Shown: one piece after another, positions 39,501 through 50,050 of the stretch
How the letters are laid out: each line of letters begins with the position of its first letter
Numbering within the stretch: the first letter of the stretch is position 1
Source of the DNA: Azolla caroliniana
Lineage: Eukaryota > Plantae > Polypodiophyta
Assembly: GCA_043228905.1 (NCBI GenBank)
Contig: JBHGNT010000012.1
Span: 4,154,001 to 4,218,000, forward strand
Direction of reading: 5' to 3'
Length of the DNA: 64,000 nucleotides
The notes under the pieces: generated by a model
Seen by the model: only the letters and a program-made list of their open reading frames with translations
The model's database searches: none
What the model was told of the DNA's origin: nothing
Made by a program: the position numbers and the translations under genes

Positions 39501-41469
39501 TTTCCACTCTCGCGTGGAGTTCTTTGAAGACGCACAGCACTTGGTCCTTTGTCTTCAACGGTGCCGTCCACAGCTTCCGGCTGTGGTCATCAATGAATGT
39601 CACGAAGTACTGGGCTCCGCCATGTGACTTCGTTTCTACTTGACACACGTCAGTGTGCACCAACTCCAATGGTGCGCTACGTCTCGTCGGTGGCCTTGAG
39701 TGGAAGGAGGTTCGGTTCTGCTTACCGGCCAGGCAATCGGTGCACTTCTCCAGGTGCACATGCTTTACTGGAATAAGGTTGTCTTCTGCAAGCCTCTTCA
39801 TCCCCTTCTCACTCATGTGGCACAGTCTCTTGTGCCACAGCTCACCGGCAGTGTCGGCTGCCACGTTCAACTCCTCCGGACACAACCAGGCATTCATAAG
39901 GTACAGTGTGTTGACTTTCCGGGCCCGTGCCACTATCAGGCTCCCCTTGCTGAACTTCATTACGCAGTTCCGGATACTACCTGTGTAGCCTTCATCGTCT
40001 AGCCTCCCGGCCGAAATCAGGTTCAATCGAACCTCCGGAACGTGTCGGACATCCTTCAGCAACATTTTGCATCCGGTCGAGGTTGTCAACCACACGTCTC
40101 CTATGCCGGAAATCCGGCACATACCTTCATTTCCCATCCGAACACAGCCATGCTCACCGGCTGTGTAGGATGAGAAGTATCTTCTTTCCGGGGTCAGGTG
40201 GAACGACGCTCCGGAATCGACCACCCAGGTAGTCTCATCGCCGGCAATGTTTAGTTCACCTTCTTCGGTGATGAGCATGATCTCCTCTTCACTTGCCGCG
40301 AGTGCCGTCGTTCCTTTCCGGTCCTGCCCTCGCCGATCCGGACCCCTTCGGTCCGTGGCTCCCCGGTATGCACCGTTTCGCTCCGGTGACTTCTTCGAAT
40401 CGGTACCGTCGGTTCCGTTGTCTTTCCGGAAATGCCGACAGTTCTTCTGGAAGTGCCCCGGCTTCCCACAGTAGAAGCATGTAGGTCTTCCCCTCGACTG
40501 CGACCGTGTCCCCGACTTCTCCCGTCTTTGCGGACTCCGGTTCCGTTGTCTTCCCCGTTCCGATTTGGTAAGCAGCGCCTTCGAGTCGGAGACCGGTTCT
40601 TTATCTCTCCGACGCGCTTCTTCATTTAGAATACTTGTCTTTACCGTTAGCAAAGACAAGTTCTCTTCCTTACAGGAGGTGCTGAGAGTAACTACCAAGT
40701 TCTCCCAGCTCTCCGAAAGGGTACACATCAGCATGATGGCTTGCATTGCGTCATCCAATGGGAACTTGATCGCCGCAAGCTGGTTCACGAATCCCATGAA
40801 CGTGCTGATGTGTTCAACCATGCTCTCGTCGTCCCGGTACTTAAGATTCACTATCTTCCTCATCAGGGAGGTCCGGGTCAGAGCATTCTTCCTCTCATAC
40901 AGTCCGGACAGCTTCTGCCACATCTCATAGGCGTTCGTATCGTTCGCCACATGTTGCAGAACACTTACATCGACATATTGCCGGATCGTCGCTACGGCTT
41001 TCCGGTTCAGGAGCTTCCACTCCGACTTTATTACCCCCTTGGGTATCTCGGCATTGTCGATCGGTTCATACAGGTCTCGGACGATGAGAAGGTCTTCCAT
41101 CTTTATCTTCCAGTCGGCGTAGTTCTGTGAGTTCAACACCATCATGCCCGGAGGCCCACTACCGCCGCCTTCCATTTTCTATGTTACCGTCGCTCTGATA
41201 CCACTTTGTTGAACACAGTGCTCGGCCACCACCGAGGAATAGGATCAACTCAAAGAAAACAGGAAATACACAATGCACGAAGACAATAGAGAGAAGAGTA
41301 CACAGGATGTTTTACGTGGAAAACCCTAAATGGGAAAAACCACGGGAGTCCTCAAACTCCGACTATCACTATACGCAGAGATGTACAATGGTGAAGTTAC
41401 AAGGCAACAACCTTGAGCTCACTGTCTTCGCCACAAACGGCGGTAATACACAGAGGCAACGACCTCTTC

Positions 41470-41510
<41 letters not shown>

Positions 41511-41780
41511 CTGCTCACTTAGCTCCCTCTAAGTGGAAAAACCAGAAAAATGAGTAACAACTTCAAACTGTTTGCCCTAAGTCATATTTATACACATATG
41601 ACTTTCGGGCTATTTACAAGATATAGCCTCAAGGGCCCTTGGCAAACATATTCACAAATATGTCCCCGCATCCGGATCTCTCTCCGGGTACATTCATCAT
41701 CCGGCTCCGTAGCCGGGGTCTTCATCATCCGGCTTCCCGGACATCTGACCATCCCATCTGGAGGGACCGTAATCCCAACA
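36515..41780 (-). mobile_element. Copia-3: young, nearly intact Ty1/Copia inserted in the Gypsy protease
   Basis: LTRs 36515-37092 and 41207-41780 (about 5 substitutions, a 28-bp repeat-copy difference and a (TC)n length difference); perfect TSD TAAAC; PBS-iMet 41192-41203; PPT after 37092. Confidence 0.97.
37103..41175 (-). pseudogene. Copia-3 gag-pol polyprotein with two lesions
   Basis: 904-aa ORF (gag, CCHC, DSGAS, IN) and 418-aa ORF (RT YVDD, RH). One frameshift in the G run at 38487-38491 and one premature TAG at 37271-37273; natural stop at 37103-37105. Confidence 0.9.
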
Positions 41781-42141
41781 TAAACCTGATGTCCATGGAC
41801 TTCTATAAGAAGGGGAAGTGGCCGATCAACACCAGGCACGGGTGGAAGATACGGGCGGCGACGCGCGACACCGAGGAACTGCACGGGGCCTGCCCGAATG
41901 TGCGAGTAAAGATCGGCGACGTCGAGATTGACCAACACTTCTTCGTACAGGAGGCGTCCTCGCACCCGGTCATATTAGGGGAACCATACATCACGGCGGC
42001 GCGAATGGAGACCAAGGTGCTGGACAACGGTTCGGCCTACGCGAGGGTCAAAAGCCAGGACGGGCGCCATTCGGTCCAATTTCTGATGGTGCGACCGAAC
42101 CATGAGCGAAACCGCGAATCCCTCGGTGGCGAGAACCAGGA

Positions 42142-42208
42142 GGATTTTTAGAGAGGGCTGCCAAGGCGTGGGGCCGAGACAGTCCGGACACTCGGGAAAG
42201 TCCCCACG
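42142..42208 (+). promoter_or_regulatory. Predicted -1 programmed ribosomal frameshift signal (G GAU UUU UAG plus pseudoknot)
   Basis: Heptamer GGATTTT 42142-42148 abuts the ORF1 stop. The -1 frame is open into the pol ORF at 42256. After a 6-nt spacer: GGGCUG(42155-60)/CAGUCC(42180-85), CGUGGGG(42167-73)/CCCCACG(42202-08), CCGAG(42174-78)/CUCGG(42191-95). Confidence 0.7.
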
Positions 42209-45200
42209 ACTGTACGATAGGTAGGGGATTTTGCTTCTCCGACAATGGAGGGTGTATGATAGTCAGCATCGTCGGCCGAGAAAAGACAAGGGCGGAAGTG
42301 CGACTTCGAGCGTGCGGAGTTCTCGGCCCGGACGAGGAAATCAGCGGAGCCGTGGAGGCGGTCTCCTTCGACGACACCTTGGGAATGCTGAGGAAGGTAG
42401 CCGGAGAAGACCTTAACGAAGACCGGACGATACCGGTATGTTCCGAAGAGATGTACGAAGTCATCGTGAACTTCAGTCGGGGGCTCAGGTTGGATCGGAC
42501 GGCCCGAGTTAGCACGAGGTACAAGACTGTGGACCGGAAGGTAAGGCCAGTCGCGGCACCCTTGCCGGAGGGCAGCGAGTCCCGAATCAGAGGGGTGGCG
42601 TCGGACCCCAGTTTACAAGATCCGGCCTGCATAGGACACACCTTCACCGACGGAACGCTCCGGGAGCTCAAAATCGGTGGGGGCGGGTTCCTACTGCCGG
42701 CGGAGGAAGACCGGTTTCGGAGAATGCTCGGAAGGCACGGGAAAGCCTTTGCATTCTCACCGGAAGAGATCGGGTGCGTAGACCCGACGATCGTGGAGCC
42801 GATGGTGATATTCACGGTACCGCATGTACCGTGGAATCTCAAGCCGATTCCAGTACCGAGAGCTCACATCCCGAAGTTGATGGAGCTATTGAGGCAGAAA
42901 GTCGATATGGGCATTCTCGAACCGTCGAGCGCGCCATACTCGAACCGATGGTTTACCGTACCAGCGCTTCATTTAGGACCTGCAGCCGGTCAACAGAGTG
43001 ACCATCCGGAACGCAGGAATCGGACCGACCATAGACGAGTTCGCGGAGGCCTTCGCCAGAAGGTCGATTTACTCAGTCGGTGATCTGTACTCGGGGTACG
43101 ACCAGTTCCAGCTAGCCGTGGAGAGCAGAGACATTACGACGATGCGAACTCCCCTCGACCTAGTGCGAATGTGTACCCTGCCACAAGGAGGGACCAACTC
43201 GGTGGCCCATATGGTGAATGCAATGAACAAAGTACTGAGGGATTGCATCCCGGACATCACCATGCCGTTTCTAGACGACATCCCCATCAAGGGGTGCCCG
43301 GTGGAAGAGAAGGACGAGACACTCGGGCCAGACGGATGCCGGCGATTCGTAGCAACACACATCGACGACTGCGAGAAGGTGCTACAAAGGCTAGAGGATG
43401 CGAGGCTCACCTTCTCCGGGGAGAAATCGGCCTTCGGGCAATCAGAAATCCTGGTGGTCGGGCATCTATGTGGACCATATGGCCGGAAGCCGTCTCTGGC
43501 AAAGGTAGAAGCCATCTCCGCGATGAAGACCGACTGTAGCTCGGTTACGGAAGTTCGGAGGTTCCTGGGGGCATGCGCGTTCTACCACATATGGATCCCG
43601 CATTACGCCCACGTTGCGGAGCCACTATACGGGTTGCTGAAGAAGGGGCAAAGATTCGAATGGCGAGACAAGCACACGGAGTCGGTCCGGAAGCTGAAGG
43701 AAGCTCTTGCGGCAGCACCGACGCTCCGGAAGGCTGTCTACGAGAAGGGTACCCCGGTATACATAACGGTGGATATAAGCCCGACCGGGATCGGATGGGT
43801 CATCAACCAAGAAGACGAGGACGGCACCCGGTTCCTGATCCGATTCGGCGCTAAGGTCCTCAGTGAGCGACAACGAGGGTACGCCCAGGTTAAACGCGAA
43901 CTCTGGGGTATCGTTTCGGCGGTAAAGGCGGACAAAGACTACCTGATCGGGATAGAAGTGATTATCGAGACGGATTGCCTGCCGATTCTCGGCATGGTTT
44001 CCGGATGCACGACACCGGACCTGGCGATGCTCAGGTGGATAGCGTACATCAAGTCCCTGGACCCGGAGATACGACACATTTCCGGAAAGGACAACGCCAT
44101 GGCCGACATGCTTTCGAGGGCGAGGTTTGATGACGAGGGCGGCATGGTTTCGGAGGACGAAGAAGTCGGCGTGGACTTCTTCGAGGCGGCGTACGTGACG
44201 ACCGATGGGGCGAGCAGTCCGGCACTTAATGGCTTCGACAAGAGCAAGTACGACGGCGAGTGGCTACAGATCGGTGGATTTTTGAGGACAATGACGCCGG
44301 ATGCGTCATGGACGAAGGACGAGGCCAACCGGATCCAGAAGAAAGCATACCGATTCTTTCTCCGGGACGGATACTTATGGAAGCACCCGAAGAAGAGGAA
44401 CGGCGTCCTGCTCCGGGTGGTGGCGATGAAGGAAGAACAGGAGGAGCTGCTGATGGCCTACCACGACAGCCCTTGGGTTGGACACCGTGGAACGTGGGCC
44501 ACGTTCGAAAAGATAAAGGGGAAGTACTGGTGGCCGGGACTGTACCGGGATGTGCATCGGTTCGTGACAACTTGCAAGAGCTGTCAGATGCACTCCATAG
44601 TCCGGCATCGGGACGAGCTTCACCCTACGTACCCTCCGACCATCCACTTCAAATGGACGGTAGATCTGGTGACGATGCCGATGGGCGTCGGACAGATGCG
44701 GTATCTGGTCTTGGCTCGGGAAGATCTGACGAACCAGGTGGAAGGCCGAGCCCTTCAGAACAAAACGACCGCGGCCGTATGTCGGTTCCTGATCGAAGAC
44801 GTGATATGCCGGTACGGGTGCGTCGGGAAGATTGTGGCCGATCGCGGGGAGTTGGACGCCGAAGAGGCCGAGGAGCTGTTCGACCGGCTAGGAGTCAAGC
44901 TCTCGCTTACCACTGCGTACAATCCGGAGGCGAATGGGAAGGTGGAGCGCGAACACGGACCGATCGTCAAGGCGTTAGTTCGGGCATGTGGAGGTCAAGT
45001 CGGGAACTGGCCGCGGCTGTTGCCTTACGCGTTGTGGGCGGACCGAACTACGCACAGTTCCGTAACCGGATTCATGCCGGCAGAACTCATGTTTGGGCAG
45101 AAGCCGGTCATGCCAATGGAACGTACGATCTCCTCGTGGGCAACCGTGGACTGGAGAGACGAGATGAGCCGGGAGGAGCTGCTGGCGGCACGTATACGAC

Positions 45201-45580
45201 AGCTCGAGCGAAGACCAGAGGACATGGAGCAGGCTGCGGAAAAGCTTCGGGAAGCAAGGATGAGGAACAAAGCCCGGTTCGACCGAACGCACTGGCTCCG
45301 ACCGAAGAAGATCGAGGAAGGCGACTGGGTGCTAGTCTACGACAGCAACCTTGACAACCAGCACCGAGCGACACGGAAGTTCGCAAGAAGGTGGTTCGGG
45401 CCTTACGTGGTACAAAGCGCCAACGACAACGAGACGTACCATCTGGCGGAACTCGACAATACGAGAATGGCGATACCGGTAGCTGGGAAACGGATCAAAG
45501 CGTTCAAGAAGCGTCACGACGACGAGCTGGATCCGGTTGACCTGGACCGCAACGACGAGCGATCCGAAACCGAGGAATAA
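42148..45580 (+). pseudogene. Gypsy pol (RT-RNase H-integrase)
   Basis: RT DLYSGYDQ, LPQGGTNS, FLDD; RH TDCLP...NAMADMLSR; HHCC GHRG...CKSCQ; IN VDLV/ADRGE/NPEANGKVER; GPY motif WFGPY. A small deletion/frameshift at ~42963 and TAG at 42974. Confidence 0.9.
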
Positions 45581-46399
45581 CCGACGGACGGAGAATGAAG
45601 GCTAGACTGGTTTTCTCCGTCCCAACACAATTTGGCGCATGCCGGTGGATGCACGGTTAGGTGGGGGCGGATGTCGTGAAGAAAACTGTCCACGAGCGGA
45701 ATCGGTGCACTAGAGTGTAGAAACCGACTCTTCATGCACGTGTGCCTTAAGTTGTACATAGGAGATCCTAGGTAGATTCGGTAGGTAGGGAGTAAAGGGG
45801 AAACGGCTCCTTCCTTGCCTATAAAAGGAGGGAGACGAGGAGGGGCGAAGGATCGCGGAGAGTCGAGGACGAAGTGCTGTCGGTTTGCGCGCGAAGGCTT
45901 CTCTCTCTCTCTCTGGTTCGCAAACTCCATAGCTTCCTTCTATGCAGGTTTCGGGAGGCTCGCGCTGCTCTGAGGAATGCCCGAGTGCTTCCGGCAGCAC
46001 CTCCAACCTGCTCCTGTCTTTTTGTACGTTTACGAACAGGCATCGGCATCTGTTCGCCGGCCTGTTCGGTTGTAACCAACTTCGAGGTTTTGTTATCTTC
46101 GTGTTCTTGTTGTTTGTCCTTGTTAATACATACATACATTCGTGTCTTTCTGTGTCGCTGTCCCACTTGCGTCTTTGTGTCGAAGGGCCGTGTCCCTGTG
46201 GATCTACGCACGCACGTAGAGGGTCTCTACTCCTTCCTCTCTTGCTCTTTGGTACAGGACCCCAGAGGTTTCGCCTCACTCCACGCATCCGCGAGGAATA
46301 CCTCGACACCGTATAAACTCTTCTTTAGCCGGCATACCAGGTGCTCCTTCCCTTTCCTCTCAAATCCTTCCGGTTGATGCATGTAGATCTCTTCTTCGA

Positions 46400-46706
46400 T
46401 GAGAAAGTCTGGTTCAGGGCCTTTTTTAGCATTTGGATCTTGACTTGGTCTCGTCCGACGATCAACATGTCGTCCACGTACAAGAGCAATATCAGGAAAT
46501 CTCCTCCGTCAAATTTCTTCACAAACATCTAGTGATCGGCTTGCGTCTTGTAGTACCCTTGATCCTTCACGAAGGAGTCGAACTTCCGGTACCATTACTG
46601 GGGGCTTGCTTCAATCCGTATAAGCTCTTCTTTAGTCGGCATACCAGGTGCTCCTTCCCTTTCCTCTCAAATCCTTCCGGTTGATGCATGTAGATCTCTT
46701 CTTTGA
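46400..46706 (-). repeat. ~307-bp tandem duplication inside the Copia-2 RT
   Basis: Repeats 33852-34072 + 46313-46399 and contains the uninterrupted Gypsy target site gcttcaatCCGTataagctc (46608-46627). Confidence 0.85.
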
Positions 46707-47225
46707 GGTTGCCATGCTGGAATGGCATCTTGACGTCTAGTTGCTCTACCTCGAGGTTCATGCTTGCGCTATGCTCAATACCGTCCGGATTGAGGTAATC
46801 TTTACTACAGGGGCAAAGATCTCATTGAAATCCACACCTTTCTTTGGCTGGAAACCCTTCACCACGATCTGGGCCTTGTACCTCCCAGTTTCAGCTTGTA
46901 CACCCACTTATTCCGTAGTGTTCTCTTTCCTTTCGGCAACTCCATCAATTCATATGACATGTGGATCTCATGCAGGGAATCCATCTTGTCCTACATGGTA
47001 GTTAACCACTTGCAGTTGTGGGTGTCTTTCTTTGCTTCTTCGAAGCTTTCCGGCTCCCCCTCATCGGTCAATAATATGTGCTCTGCATCCGGAAATCTCC
47101 GGGGGGCTCTTCTCTCTCTGAGAGGGTATCTTTGTCCTTTCTCAAGTTCGTCAAGTTGTTGGGAGATAGGTCCCTCTTGATGGGAAGGGAGAAGAATAGT
47201 GCTAATGAACAGGCCGAGGCCGAAA

Positions 47226-47445
47226 CCGGATGAAGAGTACCCGGCTACGGAGAGCCAAATGGTGCAGACCCAGTGAGAACCGGATGTGGAGTACCCAGCT
47301 ACGGAGAGCCGGATGGTGCAGACCCGGTGAGAACCGGATGAGGAGTACCCGGCTACGGAGAGCCAGATGGTGCAGACCTGGTGAGAACCGTATAAGGAGT
47401 ACCCGGCTACGGAGAGCTGGATGGTGCAGACCCGGTGAGGAGTGC
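47226..47445. repeat. 54-bp tandem repeat x4 in the Copia-4 U3
   Basis: gagtacccggctacggagagccggatggtgcagacccggtgagaaccggatgag at 47235, 47289, 47343, 47397. Confidence 0.9.
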
Positions 47446-47612
47446 TCACCAGATGAAGAGACATATTCGTAAATATGCTTATGAGAGTCCATCATGGCTA
47501 TATTTGTAAATAGCCGAAAAGTCATATTAGTATAAATATGACTTAGGGCAAACTTTTCATGTGTGTTGTCATTCTTGTTGGTGCAAGGAAAGAGAGAGAG
47601 CGCGTAACTGTG

Positions 47613-47671
<59 letters not shown>

Positions 47672-48953
47672 GTCGTTGCCTCTGTTATAACCGCCGCCTG
47701 TGGCGAGGATTGTGAGCACGAGGTCGTTGCCTCCGTGAACTCACTGTTGTACATTCTAACATAGCGATAGTTTGCAGCCTGTGGGCTGCCGTGGTTTTTT
47801 CCCTTAGTTTGGGTTTTCCGCGTAAACATCCTGCGTACTCTTCTCTTCTTCGTGTCGTGCTTTATTTCCCGTTTTCTGTGTATGATTTTAAGCTCGGTTG
47901 TGGCCGAGCGTTGCGTATAGGGAGCGTGCTGTTCCTGACAAGTGGTATCAGAGCGAAACGATACAGAAAATGGACGAATCGTTTGGCGGCATGTTCAAGC
48001 TAACCGGCTCCAACTATTCAGTGTGGAAGTCGAAGATGAGGGACATGCTTGTGGTTAAAGATCTTTGGTTACCGGTTCAGTTCGGGGACAAGAGACCGGA
48101 CAAGATCGACGCCACAATATGGGAGGTGATGCACATGAAGTCAACGGCGTACATACGGTGCTTCATCAACATGAGCCTATACAACAACTTCAATGAAGAG
48201 AGCAAGGCTCATGAGCTTTGGGAGAAGATCGGCATTATGTTTCAAAACAAAAATGCTGTTAATCAGGTTTCGGTATTCCGGAAGCTAGTAAGACTCCAGT
48301 ACCAAGATGGCTCCAGCATGGCGGAGCACATGAATGCCTTCCAGGGGCTGATCCACCAGGCAACTTCATTGGAAGTACCTCTCGCCGATGAGGTACTAGC
48401 GCTACTCCTGCTCGGTTCCCTCCCGGATAGTTGGGAGACGTTGGTTGTCACTTTGGGCAACGCCGGGCTGGAAGGAAAGCGGTTATCCCTAGCAAGAGTA
48501 AAGTCGAGCTTGCTAGATGAGGAGGCGCGTCGGAAAGATAAAGATATGAGCTCCGACTCCAAAGCGCTCCTTACCGAATTGCAACGCGGAAGACATAGAA
48601 ACCGTAGTCCCCAGAACCGGGAGAAGTCGGGTACACGGTCAAAGTCAAGGGGGAGGCCTACTTGCTTCTATTGTGGCAAGCCGGGACACTTCCAAAAGAA
48701 CTGTCGGCATTTTCGAAAAGACAAGGAAACCGACGGTACCGATTCGAAGCGGACCCCGGACCGGAACGGTAAAGACAGGAGGGGGCCGGACCGGAAGGGA
48801 ACGACGGCAATCGCGGCAAGTGAAGAAGAGTTGATGCTCATCACCGAGGAGAGTGAGATAAACCTTGCCGGCGATGAGATGACCTGGGTGGTAGACTCCG
48901 GAGCGTCGTTCCACCTTACCTCGGATCGGAAATGCTTCTCATTCTACTCAGCA

Positions 48954-48979
48954 AGTACACTGCGTTGATACCACTGCTT
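48954..48979 (-). other. Library adapter contamination (SMART/TSO/PacBio amplification primer)
   Basis: AGTACACTGCGTTGATACCACTGCTT matches the reverse complement of AAGCAGTGGTATCAACGCAGAGTACT at 25/26. It sits in a 28-nt segment that replaces the homologous 28 nt of Copia protease. Confidence 0.9.
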
Positions 48980-50050
48980 GAATGAAGGTACATGCCGAAT
49001 TGTCGGCATAGGAGACGTGCGGCTGACAACACCAACCGGATGCAAGTTGCTGCTGAAGGATGTCTGACACGTTCCGGAGGTTCGACTGAACCTGATATCA
49101 GTCGGTCGGCTAGATGATGAAGGCTACACGGGTAGCATCCGGAACGGTGTCATGAAGTTCAGCAAAGGGAGCCTGATTGTGGCTCGGGCCCGGAAGGTCA
49201 ACACACTGTACCTGATGAATGCCCGGTTATGTCCGGAAGAAGTGAACGTGGCATCTGACACTGCCGGTGAGCTGTGGCACAAGTGGCTGTGTCATATGAG
49301 CGAGAAGGGGATGAAGAGGCTTGCAGACGACAACCTCATTCCAGTGAAGAACGTGCACTTGGAGAAGTGCACTAATTGTCTGGACGGTAAGCAAAATTGG
49401 ACCTCCTTCCGACCAAGGCCACCGATGAGACGTAATGCACCACTGGAGTTGGTGCATACGGATGTGTGTCAAGTGGACACGAAGTCACATGCCGGAGTGC
49501 AGTACTTCGTGACGTTCATAGATGACCACAGCCAGAAGCTGTGGGCCACACTGTTGAAGACGAAGGATCAGGTGCTATCCGTCCTCAGAGAGCTCCATGC
49601 GAGAGTGGAAAGAGAAACCGGCCGGAAGCTAAAGGCGGTTCGAGTAGATAACGGAGGAGAATACCGGGGGCAGTTTGAGGAGTACTGCCGCTCGAAGGGA
49701 ATCCGGCTCGAATTTACCGTGCCGAAGACGCCGGAACTAAATGGACTGGCCAAGAGGATGAACCGGACCATAATGGAGAGGGTCCGGAGTATGCTAGTGC
49801 ATGCAAAACTACCCAAGAAGTTTTGGGCTGAGCCACTGTCGATGACGACATATGTGATAAATAGATCACCCTCAGTACCCTTGGACAGAGACACGCCATA
49901 GAGATTGTGGACTGGTAAGGAAGTATCCTACCAGCATCTGAAGGTGTTCGGGTGTCTCGCGTACGTGCATGTAGCTAAGGACCGGAGAGGAAAGTTAGAT
50001 CCAAAGACCCGGTCATGCATATTCCTCGGTTACGGTGACGATGAGTTCGG

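Larger units (their letters stand above)
34754..42151 (+). pseudogene. Gypsy ORF1 gag-protease (split by Copia-3)
   Basis: One reading frame from ATG 34754 with TGA at 35198 and 35789; CCHC knuckle CMWCDEVGHIRKDC; protease VALVDHGSEIN|LMS...VILGEPY rejoined after removing 36515-41785; ends ...QEDF* at TAG 42149-42151. Confidence 0.85.
34073..46308 (+). mobile_element. Ty3/Gypsy element (no chromodomain seen), tRNA-Trp PBS, 4-bp TSD
   Basis: 637-bp LTRs 34073-34709 and 45672-46308 (TG...CA, ~9 substitutions by eye); TSD CCGT (34069-72, 46309-12); PPT 45659-45671; domain order gag-PR / RT-RH-IN. Confidence 0.95.

Noticed and set aside
44260-45354. 364-aa alternative-frame ORF inside the Gypsy integrase
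   Set aside because: Arg/Gly/Ala-rich shadow frame expected in GC-rich coding DNA; no independent support.
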